From Camelus dromedarius (lineage: Eukaryota): a stretch of DNA of 64,000 nucleotides. This document shows, piece by piece, positions 25,652 to 37,726 of this stretch; position 1 is the stretch's first letter, and every line of letters begins with the position of its first letter. The translations under genes and the position numbers were made by a program. The DNA lies in assembly GCF_036321535.1 (NCBI RefSeq), contig NC_087437.1, positions 26,042,001 to 26,106,000 of the forward strand, read 5' to 3'. The notes under the pieces are model-generated. The model was not told the DNA's origin. It did not search any database and saw nothing but the letters and a program-made list of their open reading frames with translations.

Positions 25652-26184
25652 TGCCACGTCTATAATTTAGTTCCTGCCAAAGATGCCTGCAATCTTCAAA
25701 TGTGTCAAGGTGATGAAAGTAAGGGAAGACTGAGAGAAGAGGCTAGATTGGAGAAGACTAAGGACACATAGTAACTAAATGCAAAGGATGATCTTGGATT
25801 GGATCCCGGACCAGAGGGAAAACCCTTGCTAGTAAGGACATTATTGGAACAATTGGCGAAATTTGAGTATGAACTATGGATTGGATAATAGCATCTTATA
25901 AATACTGACTTTCTTGATTTTAAGCATTGTATGGTGATTGTGTAAAAAAATGGTAAAGTGAGTAGAGCAAAATGTTAATAATTGGAGTGAATCTGGATAA
26001 AGGCTGTATTTGGCATTATTCTTGGACTTTTCAGTAAACTTGAAATTATTTCAAAGTAAAGAGAATTAAAAGTTTAGGGGGGAGGCTCACACAGGCACCT
26101 CTTTTCTGTGTGCCCTGCTGTTGTTTATGGCAGCAGACCCTCATAAACTCCTTTTGTATTCTTATACTTTAAAAAAAAAATTAA

Positions 26185-26420
26185 GGGGGAAAAGGAGAGG
26201 GAGGGATAAATTGGGAGTTTGGGATTGGCTGGTACAAATGACTATGTACAGAATAGATAAACAACAAGGTCCTACTGTATAGCACAAAGAATGGCTTGTA
26301 GTAACCTGTAATAAAAAAATATCAAAAAGAATATGTATGTATGTATATGTGTACCTGAATCACTATGCTGTATACCAGAAACTAATACAACATTTTAATT
26401 GTAAATTAAAAAAAAATAAT
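26185..26420 (+). mobile_element. L1 3' UTR fragment
   Basis: GGGATAAATTGGGAGTTTGGGATT...AACAAGGTCCTACTGTATAGCAC. Confidence 0.85.
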
Positions 26421-26753
26421 GTGCAAAAAAATTAAAAAATAAACTTAGTTCATTAGAAATTTAAAAAAATTTTAATGTGAGATTTCACCTTCAAAATTGT
26501 ACTGGAAATAATTTTTAAAAGCCCTATAGCCACTTTGGGAACTTCAAGGGACTTGGGGAAAAGATACTCACTACCAGTATCATATACATATAAAGAGTGT
26601 GAATAATACAAAACCTTTTATCACTTTATACCAGTTGGGTGTGTTATCAGGAATCTGACGTAAAGACTTGCCCTTTGGGACTAGTTCTTACACATCATTC
26701 ACTTAGGATCAATGGTCCCTGGGCTGGTGTGTAGTAAAGTTGGCGTGGTGACA

Positions 26754-27172
26754 TGCAGTGGATTGCATGGGGCACTGCCCAGATCCCTTTCATGCCAGAG
26801 GCCCTGGTTCCCTCTGCTGAGAGTGTGCTGGGCATGTGAGCCATACCCAGCCAAGGCCCTCCCAAGGAACTGCTCTCTGCCTAAGGAAGAGTCTCACCTC
26901 CTGAGGGCTACCCAGTCCTAATGACTGAGGAGAATAGACCCAACCTCCTTGCTTCAACTGGAACAACTCAGAAAGGCCACCTTCGCTCCAGGGCTCCTGT
27001 GAGCTCACCCGAGGTCCTGCAGGAACTGCATCTCGGTTCAGCTTCTCTGGGTGCCTCATACTCCTCACTTCACTCTCCTCACAGGTGATAATCCTGAAAG
27101 CACTTCCTAGGAAACCTTCCTCAAGGCCATCACCACCCCCAGTCTGTTTCCCGGATCAGCTGATCTTCAGCA
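26754..27172 (+). mobile_element. LTR16-like ERVL solo LTR
   Basis: TGCAGTGGAT...GCCCAGATCCC...CCTAATGACTG...GCTCCAGGGCTCC...CTCACAGGTG...AGTCTGTTTCCCGG layout. Confidence 0.75.
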
Positions 27173-27414
27173 CATGCGGTCTTCAAGCCCATCAACCTAC
27201 CTCCTGACTGTGTGGGTGCACAGCTGCCCCTTCCTACGGGATGCAGACAGGAATGTTTCTGATCCATGACAAATGGGAATTTTTAAACGTCAGACTCTTT
27301 TCTTAAACAATGTGGCAATAAACCTCACAGAAATGAGATATTTCTCAGCCTCCTGTGCCACAATGTCCTCTTTCAGGAAAAAAAAAATTGATCTCTAGTG
27401 ACTTTGTTTACTTT

Positions 27415-28620
27415 AAAATTTTTAAACATAAGACACTTAGGCAAAATAATATAAAGCCCCCACAGATCCCTCTCACCCAGCTCCAACAATTATCCATGGC
27501 CAATCTTGCTGCATCAATAATTCAAATACTCCCTCTTTTCCATATTATTTGAATCATATTTCGGACATCACGTTACTTCACCTGTAAGTTTTTTAGTATG
27601 TATCTTAAAAGAGAGTGGCTCTTTAAAAAAACATAACCACCATGGCATTGTGTAAAATACTATGCAATAAGAATTCCTCGACATCATCAAATGTTCAAAT
27701 TCCAGTTGTCTTGTAAATGCTGTAAAAGTTATTTGCTTTGTTTATACAGTTTGTATGTTTGAATCAAGATCCAAATAAGATCTAACTGTTATGATGGGCT
27801 GAGCTGTCTCTGAAGGTTCCCCTCTTCCTCTTTTACTTCCTCCCTTTCAGTGTCTTTGTTGAAGATAACAGGAGAGTCCCTACCGTCTGGAAATCTGTAT
27901 TGTTTACCAGGCTCATCTGCATTTCCTGCAAATTGCTAGTTGGACCTGGAGGCTTCATCGGATGCAGGCTCTTTTTTTTTTTTTCCTTTTCTTTTTTTAG
28001 CCAGACAAAGTTTTACGTGGGATTGTGTTCTTTCATTAGGAAACAACTAAAGTCTGGCTGTTTCCTGTTTGGTGATGTCCACCGCTGTTGATATTGATGC
28101 CCAGATAAGTAACCATTAGGAGTTATAAAATGATATATTCTACTGTTACATCTTCATTTATTAGCTGACCTACTTTTTAAAAGGAGAACTTGTCCATTAT
28201 TTAGTGACTCAATGAAACAATTTAAATAAGAAAGAATAAGTGATAGATTCTCTCTTGATTTACCAGTGTTCAAAATAATGAGCTGGTTCCTCGCCATCCT
28301 CCCAGTATGACCAATGACTTTTTATTTTGTCTAATATCATGATGAACTCCTGGAGCTCACCATGTACTTCAGGCCACTGTGTTACTATCTTTACTGATGC
28401 CCAGGACGCTCTCTCTCTGGTCAGTGAGAGCCCCTTCCAGTTGAACCCTGAGTCCTTTTGCCATGGCCCTAGTCTTTGGTACCTTCCTTGCTGTCTGGTA
28501 CAACAAGACGTACCAGGCTCATCTTGTACATTTCCTGCCCTAGACCTGGAATCACTTATTTCTCTAAGAAGCTCCAGTTCTATGCAGCTGGAAAAGGTAT
28601 TTCAAAACCACAAGATGGGC
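27415..28620 (-). mobile_element. Ancient L1M fragment(s), antisense
   Basis: CCAGGCTCATCTTGTACATTTCCTGCCCTAGACCTGGAATCA, the reverse-orientation counterpart of the 24.3 kb L1M motif. Confidence 0.6.
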
Positions 28621-29469
28621 TCAAGAAGGCAACCAGAGTAATTTTTTTTTAATTCCTATGTTGGGAGGAAGTTGGATAAAGAGATTCTTTTCCTGTTCTT
28701 TTTATATCCCTCTGAATTATTTGAATTTTCATCATGTGTATTCATTCTTTTAATTTATTTACGGCATAAACAATACATAAATACACAGTTGAAAACGAGT
28801 CAAAGTAAAAATTCCTTCACACCCTTCGGTGCCACTTCCCTGAAGAGATAACTTCAGTTATCAGTTTGTTATGAATTCTTTCAGACTTTGTCTTAGACAG
28901 CACTGTCACTCAAATAAGACTCCTGCCTTAAGGATTCCAGTTTCTTTTTTATTCTATTCGGATGATTCAAAGAGACAGTGAGCTGAGGTAAAAATACAAT
29001 AGATAGCAATTTAAATCTTTACTGGGACCAACAACTAGGGCTTCTGTGCAGCCAGCTCCAGGGGGTGCTGTTTATATCAGTCTCCGTGATCGATGCCTCC
29101 TGGAATACGCAGCACACAGCAAACCTGCCAACAAACCAACAGGACAAGCAGCAAAGGACAGAAAATAGAGAAAATGGCTCTTGAATATATGAAAAGATGC
29201 TCAAGTTTGCTTTCAATAAGACAAATGCAAAATAAAACTACACCAAGATACTATTTCTCACCTCTCAGGTCGGCAAATGCTTACTAACACACCCTCATTC
29301 AGTGCTGGTGGAATGACTATTTCTGGCTGTTTAACAACGTGCATTCATTTACAGATTTATTAGCACTTGCTAATTCAAAACACTTCTAGGTCTTCACAAA
29401 TACATACAAATATCCTTGAATGTTTAAGAAATGACATATGTGTCATACAGAACTTCTGAACAATGTCAC

Positions 29470-29940
29470 CACAGAAAAATTTAGGGAATTTATCAACTTG
29501 AATTCGAAAAAAAAATGTGTTTTTGTTTCCACTAACTCTAAGTGAAATTTATCATTTCCTTTAATTATGAAAGTAGCCAGGAAACCATAATAGTATCAGT
29601 CTGTGCCTTTGTTACCAATAAAAATCAGATACTTTATGTCATATTATAGTTGTTGCAGATATTCTGAAATATTGTTTATGCTCATGCATACTTTGAAATT
29701 AAGGTAGCAATTATTAGACCCACTGCTAGATCTTGTTATTTAATTCATCAATAAGTAAACAGATAGAGTTCTAAATAAAAATATTTTTGATAATTATATT
29801 CCAATATAATTGGTTTCCTTTTTTGGTTTCCTTTTAATCCTGAAGATTTTATTTTCACACTTGAAAACAGCATGATAAAAACAAATTTATAGGCTTCACC
29901 AGACTGTCAAAGTGGTATCTGGGCACAAAATAAGTTATCA
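29470..29940 (+). mobile_element. hAT-Charlie (MER113/Charlie4-like), copy 2
   Basis: ACTAACTCTAAGTGAAATTTATCATTTCCTT...GTTGTTGCAGATAT...ATAGGCTTCACCAGACTGTCAAAG. Confidence 0.78.
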
Positions 29941-31664
29941 ATAAGAGAATTCATAGCATCATGTATATAATGGCAAATGATTGGGAATAGCCCCAAGAGT
30001 GAACTGGCTAAAAATATTTGTGTATTGCTACTGTGGAATACTCAGCAACTGTTAAAAAAAAAAGATAGAAAGAAAGAATATTCCAGATATTGTAAAGACA
30101 ATAAAACAGCGTGTAGACTTTGTGTAATGTGCTACGATTACTTGTACAGCAAATGAGGTGAAGGGGAGAATATATAATACAAAGGTCTGTTGGTTTGGTG
30201 CATGAAGAACCTCTGGAAGATAGACACGCTACTGGTAATACTGGTGGCCTCCAAGGATGAGGACTGGGTGGCTGGGGCCTGCAGTGTTAAGGAGACTTTT
30301 TCCTGATAAATCTCAGAGTACATTGAAACACTGGAACCTATGAATGTATAATCTACTCAAAAAATTAAATAAAGAAAATCTAACACTTAAAAACTCCTTG
30401 CTAGAGTCTGTCAAGGGGACTGGTACACAGCACGTGGCAGCACATCTTCAAGTCCAGCTCCCACCTTGTCTTTGGAACCCCAGCCTGTCCTGCAGTAAGC
30501 CCGGAAGGTTCTGTCATTTCAACCCCCTACTCAGTCCAAATCCCCAATAAAATTTTTCTAAGACTTCCTTTGGTTCTTGCCTTTCTTTCTACCTTTCTCC
30601 TTTCATCTTCCAGGAGCAAAATTTATTCTACTCTATTGCAAAGCCAACACATTCCCACCTTATCTCTACTTTTGTTGAATCACAAACGCTCACAGACCTA
30701 GTTGGCACTGGTGGGCTTATTCCTAAGGAGTGGTGAAGTGAAGTACATGGATATCCACAAGTTAGTCTCTGTGTCTCCAATATTGTTTGTTCATGTTTTC
30801 ATAATATATTTATTTTAAAGTGAAGTTTTACTCATAGAATGGGGCAGATTTTTAGTTTTTGTACTTACGAATGGGGTCTAGTTGCTACTATTTTTAAGAG
30901 CACATAAATATTATGGGATTAGTTCCCTAAAATGTTTTTTTTTCCAAAACTCCTCTCATGAGTTTCCTATTGTTTCCAAAAAAGAAGCCAAGTTTCAGCA
31001 TAATATACTGGTGACCACACTTGTCCAAGAAGTCTTTGGCATATAGGGTACATTTATACTATCAAAGTAAAATATTTTGAAGACATCAATGCTGAGTTTT
31101 GAGTAGCAATGCTAGCATGAGTAACAATTGCCAAATTTATGCAAGTGGCAAAAGAATTGTGTTTATAAATATTTGTTTGGAGCTTTATGATAACAAATGC
31201 CAACTCTTCTTGAGATTTGGATCAGCAGAGAGAAGGCTGTTTTATTTTTTGAAAAATATTTTGTTTAGAAGCAGACATGAGCTTCTTTGTAGGATAAACA
31301 AAAATATAGCAGGGTTTTGCCACAAAAACTAGAACAAATCATTTTAAATTAAAAGATAACCTTATTGTTTTTGTGGTGGACTCTGGGAAAATATTTGAGG
31401 TCTCAACCAGAAACCACCAGCTTGTTTTTGAGTCAGAAATGTGTTTTCTTTGGAGTCATGAACAGGATGAAGAAAACTGGGACAAGGGCCAAGACCTCGT
31501 GCTTTGAGCTTTTCCATCCTGCAAAGTAAAACAGTGGCTGGAACTGTGGGGACGTCCAGGGCTGCCGGTGGAGGCACAGGGTGGGGACGGGCTTTGAGAG
31601 GAGGGAGATAAAGCTTCCTGCTACTTCTGAAGATCTGTAACAAGGTGAGTTGTTAGGAAACAAA

Positions 31665-32013
31665 CGTAAGTCTGACGGAGAAAGGCAAATACTGTATATT
31701 TTCACTTATATGTGGAATCTAAAAGATAAATAAATGCATATAACAAAACAGAAAACAGACTCACAGATATAGAGAACAAGTTAGTGTACCAACGGGAAGA
31801 GATAGGGAGAGGGGATTAAGAGGCATAAGCCACTGTGTACAAAATAAGTAAGATACAAGGATGTAATGTACAGCGCAGGAGATATGGCCAATATTTTACA
31901 ATAACTTTCAATAGGTTATAATCTATAAAAATATTAAATCTATGTAATATGCCTGAAATTAACATATTATAAAACAGCTATACTTCAATAATAATAATAT
32001 TTTTAAAAAAAAA
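31665..32013 (+). mobile_element. L1 3' end
   Basis: TCACTTATATGTGGAATCTAAAA...ACAGACTCACAGATATAGAGAAC...CTATACTTCAAT plus A tail. Confidence 0.85.
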
Positions 32014-33491
32014 GAATAGCCGGTATTTCCAGTTCCTTCTCCCACCCATGACACCCAGTACAAAAATTTCCCCAGTTGTGTTCCCCAGAGGTGCATATGG
32101 AGGTTACGGCTTTGAAGCTGGAGCCACACAAGCTGCCTAATCGAGATGGAAGGTTAGTTCTCCTCAGGCTGGGAGTGGGCATGTGTGCAAGAACCAGGAA
32201 GGTTTTGGGAAGGACCTGGGACTCAGGCTCCCTTGCATGTGAGCATTCAGCAGGAATTATTTCAAAATGCCCATTAGAGGCTCAACCCTTACCTCCAAGC
32301 TCACAGGAGATTCTGCAGCCCTGAGGGTCTCTGTGGGCCTGCATGTGGTGGAGGAGCAGACCACCCTGTGGGGCATCTCTGGTCTGCATGGAACATACGG
32401 CCTGAGCAGTGCCTCAGAAAACTCATGAGCCACAGCAGGTGGGGTAGCTGAAAAGGACTCCAAGCTATGACATCCCAAATATCTTCAAGGAAATCCCTGA
32501 ATGAACCCTTGGAGGATAAGAGAGAAACCCCCAAGCAAAATAGAAGTTAAATTTTATGCCAGTCATGTGGGTGAAAGTAAAGAAGCAACTTCTCTGACTT
32601 AGAGAAATGTAGCATTTATATGTCAGAAAGTGGCAGGGTAATTTTCACACTCGCCACGTTGGAAATACTGATATACAGCCAGGTAAAAAGCTCACCTCCC
32701 CGTAACTACCACAAACACACACCCACCTCCTCCCCCCTCACACACACTTTTATCAACATCTTGGAAGTGAGACTGCTTGGGATCAACTTGCCTCCCCTCC
32801 CTTCCTTACACATTCTTCAGTCTTCAGGTTACCCCGCACAGTCTTTTATTTGTTGGCCTTATTCACTTACTAATTTAATTCTATAGAAAGTCTTGAGGGC
32901 CTAGAATTTGCATCGCAAAGCTAATTTTGCATGTTTGGGGATTTTCACTGAAGATTTTGCTTAGAAAAAAGAAAGCTGTGAATAAACTCAGGTACAAATG
33001 AACGTAACTTCCTTCATAACTAAACGTCTGTTCGAGCACCTGATGTTGGACAACTTAATCTAGGGAAGTCCCAGGATTCTATTGCTCAACCAAAAGATTT
33101 AGTCAGAAAACAAGCAATTTCTGGAATATACTACTTGCCTAAAGCTTTTTCTAGCTGGGGTCAGTGCTTGAGGCTTAAGAGGCCTAAGCAAATCCCCTTG
33201 GATTGGTGTTCCAGCTGTGTCTGCTTCGGAGGGGAGTGGGGGTGGGCTGTTCTCTGATTCACATTCTGAAATCACTTGGCTCATGGAGGGGGCCGTGCCT
33301 GGGGAAATTGTTACCCCATGTTCATCCCAGTGGAGCAGAGAGAGCTGTATCTCTATCAAGGTACGGTTTCCACATGTCTGATGGTAATGGATAACTCTCC
33401 AACGTACTGTGGAAACAAGAACTGAGAGGCAGCCAAGCAATCACCCTGGCCACAGCCAGGCAGGATGGCTACCACAAACTAGAATCATTGT

Positions 33492-33627
33492 GGGGCAGGT
33501 ATAGCTCAGTGGTAGAGCATGTGCTTAGCACTCATGAGGTCCTGGGTTCAATCCCCAGTACCTCCTCCAATATATAAATAAGTGAATAAACTCAATTACC
33601 ACCCCTTCATTTAAAAAAAAAAAAAAA
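33492..33627 (+). mobile_element. Vic-1-like SINE (long form)
   Basis: GGTATAGCTCAGTGGTAGAGC...GGGTTCAATCCCCAGTACCTCC plus tail; TSD AACT(A/G)GAAT(C/T)ATTG at 33477-33490 and 33629-33642. Confidence 0.92.
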
Positions 33628-35029
33628 GAACTGGAATTATTGGACCAAAGGGAATGTCCATTCTTCATTTTCATAAATATTACCAACTTGCCTTCCAAAT
33701 TGGCTTTACCAATTTGATCTCTCTTTCTGTGGATCTGTTTTTTCGATCATGCCATCTCTAACCCCCTCCAAATCGAAAGATAGCAGCCTGAAACCAGAAG
33801 CAAATGAAAATGAATTTTGTAAACTTAACATTTTCTTCCCACTGTGTCCAAGTTCACAACATATGCTTTTCAGCCTATTCTAATTTCTAGAATATTGAAA
33901 GAGAAAATGTTTCTCAATGCAAATGCCAAATTTAGAATAAAAGAGAAACAAAAAAGTCTTGAGGGCCTAATATTTGCCTGTAACTCAAAAGTGTAATTCC
34001 AGTCCTGAGATGTTCACAGTCTAGAACACAATGTTGAGTAGAGAGTGGGAGGGCAGGGGGTTGGGAGGAGGGAAGCTAGAGCCATCAGGACCCTGAAAGG
34101 AGGACAGAGAACTTTAGTAGTACAGAGGGGCAGTTCACCCAACCTGGAATGAGAGTAGGCCAAGCTTCTGCAAGCAAATGAGGACTTAGCAGATCTTGAG
34201 ATTGGAGGGAGTAAATGGGAACAGGAAAAACACTGCGGGGAGATGGATTAGCCAGGGCAGATGCGTGAGGACGTGAAAAATATGGTCTGCTCAATAAACC
34301 ACAGAGTTTATTGTAAAAGTACAAGCTGTAAGGGGAACAACCGCACGTTCTTCCTGCCCATTGCTGTTTCTAAATATTATGCTGTATTTACTTCCCTTGA
34401 CAGTCTAACTAATTTCTCAAAGATTCTGCCCAGTGTGGATGGAGATATGAAGAAATAGTCAACCAAGCAAGAGGATTTCTAGCAGCGAAGTGAAAGGTTG
34501 GGCTATCGGGAGAGTTTTATCAGACCAGTCATATGGAAGTTCTGAATTCCTCTTGATATGTATGAATAATCAAAACATATTGGTCAAATCTTGAGACCCT
34601 TTCCTTTCTGTATCTAGATTAAAAATGATAATATAATGGTTTTCTGAGAACAGCACGTATTAGCAGTTGTTACTGAAACAAATATCTTCCTTACGTGAAC
34701 AGATTTAACATATAATTTAGTGCTTGTCAACTGAAAATAAAATTATTAGATTATTTCACTCGTAATTTGATTACCTGTGGTCAAGAGGAGGTTAGTAAAG
34801 GGCATGGTTTTCCACATAAAGACAAATGCTATTTTCAGACTCAGTGCAGGACGTCTTTCTCTTCAAGGTAAGGTCTTGTCCTTGGCTAACTCCTCCATGC
34901 AGACATCCTTCCTTTTCCACTTTACTCTCCATCTTAAGCCACCTCTCTTTCTGGGAAGTGTCCCATGAACCAAGCTTAGTGTGTTTTTTAGCAGCTTGTT
35001 CATTTTTCCAAGAAGAAAAAGGAGCATCA

Positions 35030-35201
35030 GGGGGAGGATTCAGCTCAGTGGTAGAGCACATGCTTAGCATTCATGAGGTCTTGGGTTCAATCCCCAGTAC
35101 CTCCATTAAAAATAAATAACTAAGCCTAATTACCACCCTCCACAAAAAAAAGCAAAACAAAACAAGACAGACAACCTTTGAAAAAATTAATCGATCTTTA
35201 A
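35030..35201 (+). mobile_element. Vic-1-like SINE (long form)
   Basis: A/B boxes; perfect TSD AAAAAGGAGCATCA at 35016-35029 and 35202-35215. Confidence 0.93.
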
Positions 35202-35394
35202 AAAAAGGAGCATCATTTTCTATGAAAGTTTATGGCATTTGTACTGTTTGTCGGTTCAATGGACCAAGTAGAGAAATGGAAGAGATGACGATATTAAGGA
35301 ATTATTGCCTGAACTTAATTCCTTCTTTAAAAAGTTTTGAAAATTCTGTTCCCTGGGGCTAATTTAAGATATTTAGTGAATGTTCCTTTAGAGC

Positions 35395-35885
35395 AAGTTT
35401 TTAAAACTTCTGTTTGTACCGTGGACACCTGTGACAACATAGTGATACTTACACCCCTTCTAAGAGTAATATGTTTAAATGCATAAAATAGAGAACATGT
35501 GATTCCAATTAAAATAGATAATTATATAGAAATTCAGTTATCAAAATGGCTTTTAAAACTTCATGTCAACATAACGTGTGTCTTTATTAACATATTAAAT
35601 AATAAGATCCAGCCCCAAGTCTAGTAGATGTAATATTTTGAGGTAGTGATGAGCATAAAGGATATTTTCAAGATACCTGCAACAATTATAATTATAAATA
35701 AAAGGAAAATACCTTTTATTTCTCTTGGTGACAGACTCAAAGTAACAGTTAGTAATTACTCTGGTTTGGAATCTACATTCGTAATTGAAGGAAATGCTAG
35801 AAGATCAGGAAAAGTTTTTAAAGGAATTTTTTTCTTCATCCAAGCCCATGGGCTGCTGAATTCTGTCCCTGGATCCACATAAAAG
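35395..35885 (-). mobile_element. hAT-Charlie (MER113/Charlie4-like), copy 3, inverted
   Basis: TTCGTAATTGAAGGAAATGCTA is the reverse complement of the TTTCCTT..ATTATGA motif in copies 1 and 2; collinear in reverse. Confidence 0.75.
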
Positions 35886-37159
35886 ACCTTTGTTTGACAG
35901 GGGCTGGGATCAATATATTGACTGCATTTCTACTGTTATTGTGGAGCTCACCCTAATGAGAGCCATCCCTCCATAAGAAGGCAAGAGCTATCTTCATTAA
36001 CAATCAGAAGATACGAGAAGGAAAAGGAAGGTCTACTATTGTGTTGTTCTTTTAGTTTGTATACCTAAACTCTGTACTTAAACTCTTAAACACTGTAAAC
36101 TCATTCCATGTCCCTTCCCTAATCCCTTACAATTTTAGAATTTATTTAAAACAAAAACAAAAACAAAAAAGCTTTAGCCCAGAGACAGCCCAGAAAAACA
36201 AAACAAACATGAGCCTGCCAGAGAATCCTGGTGCCCCAACTTCATCTCCTGCATGCCCTTGGCAAGTCCCTTAACTTTGATCCTTGGCTCACTTGCCATA
36301 AAACAGGCACAATAACACCTCCCTAGCAGCATTATGGTGAAGTTTAAAGGTGGCAATTTGTGAAATTGCGAAATTTGTAAGCTATGAAGAGCAATGTGAA
36401 CACTACAGAAATCCATTATGTATTTTCAGCAGACTGAGTCTCCTCTGTGTCTTTTTCTCACTGTGTGTACAGATCATGGGTCCAGAGAGAGGCGGAGTCA
36501 ATGACGGCACATTAAGGAAGAAGAGTCCCTGGCTAGAGACTGGCACAGACATGAGAATGGAGGGAGGGTCTTGGAGCTTCTTTCCCTGCACTTCGTGGCT
36601 GGATAAAACCATCCTGCCCCACTAGCCCCCACAAGAAGAACACGAAACGTTTCCCAAGTTTGCTTTAACCACTAAAGTATTCATCTGTGCACCCAACAAT
36701 AGTTATGAATTGTAGAGCTATCAGGGAATACAATGGCTCTTCTGTTTTGAAGTAAATATTTAAACCGGCAAATATTTGTGGGCATTTTGTTAAGTCTTTG
36801 TGCACCTTTCTCACTCTTCAGCCTGTACTTTGGCAAGCACTGCTAACACAGAAACCATATTCCATTTTATGTGAATGGTTATTGTTTTAAGATTGATACA
36901 TACCTTTTAGAGAAACAGACTGATGTATTTTGGGCTGAAATGATATGAAATACAGATAAAGGGAGATTGACCATTTGTTAATATTTGTTGAAGTTTCATG
37001 ATGAGTGTACGGGGTTTTATTACACTATTTTTTCTACCATCATACATGTTTGAATTTTTCCATTCTAAGGATATTTAGAAGCTTTACCTGTACAAGAGGG
37101 AAAACAAAGGCATTCCATATTCATGTTAAATAAGCAGAAATGAATTAAAGTATATTAGT

Positions 37160-37726
37160 GCAACCTAAATGTCCACCAACAGATGACTGGATAAAGAAGC
37201 TGTGGTATATTTATACAATGGAATACTACTCAGCCATAAAAAAGAATAAAATAATGTCATAAAAAAAGAATAAAATAATGCCATTTGCAGCAACATGAAT
37301 GAACCTGGGAAATGTCATTCTAAGTGAGTAAGTCAGAAAGAGAAACAAAAATACCACATAATATCACTTATATGTGTAATCTAAAAAAAAAAAAGACAAA
37401 CTTATTTACAAAACAGAAACAGACTTACATAGAAAACAAACTTGTGGTTACCAGGTGGGGAAGAGGGTAGGAAGGGATAAATTGGGAGTTTGAGATTTAC
37501 AGATACTAGCTAATATATAAAAAATAGATAAACAACAAGTTTTATACTGTATAGCACAGGGAACCATATTCAATATCTTGTAGTAACTTATGGTGAAGAA
37601 GAATATGAGAATGAATGTAGGTATGTTCCTATGTGACTGAAGCGTTGTGCTGTACACCAGAAATTGACACAACATTGTAAACCGACTGCACTTCAATAAA
37701 AACATATTAAAAATAAATTTAAAAAA
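37160..37726 (+). mobile_element. L1 3' end (ORF2 tail plus 3' UTR)
   Basis: GCAACCTAAATGTCCA...GGAATACTACTCAGCCAT...GGGATAAATTGGGAGTTTGAGATTT...CTTCAATAAAA. Confidence 0.92.

Larger units (their letters stand above)
24200..26070 (+). mobile_element. Ancient L1M (L1MC4/5-like) fragment interrupted by two LTRs
   Basis: AAATGGCTGATTCTAGGGCTG, ACAACCTTAATCAAG and AACTAAATGCAA...ATCTTGGATTGGATCC motifs of old L1 3' regions. Confidence 0.65.

Noticed and set aside
33492..33575. tRNA-like sequences with A and B boxes (also at 5.2, 35.0, 48.5, 51.4, 52.9 and 54.4 kb)
   Set aside because: They have A-rich tails, TSDs and mutual divergence, so they are SINE copies rather than tRNA genes.
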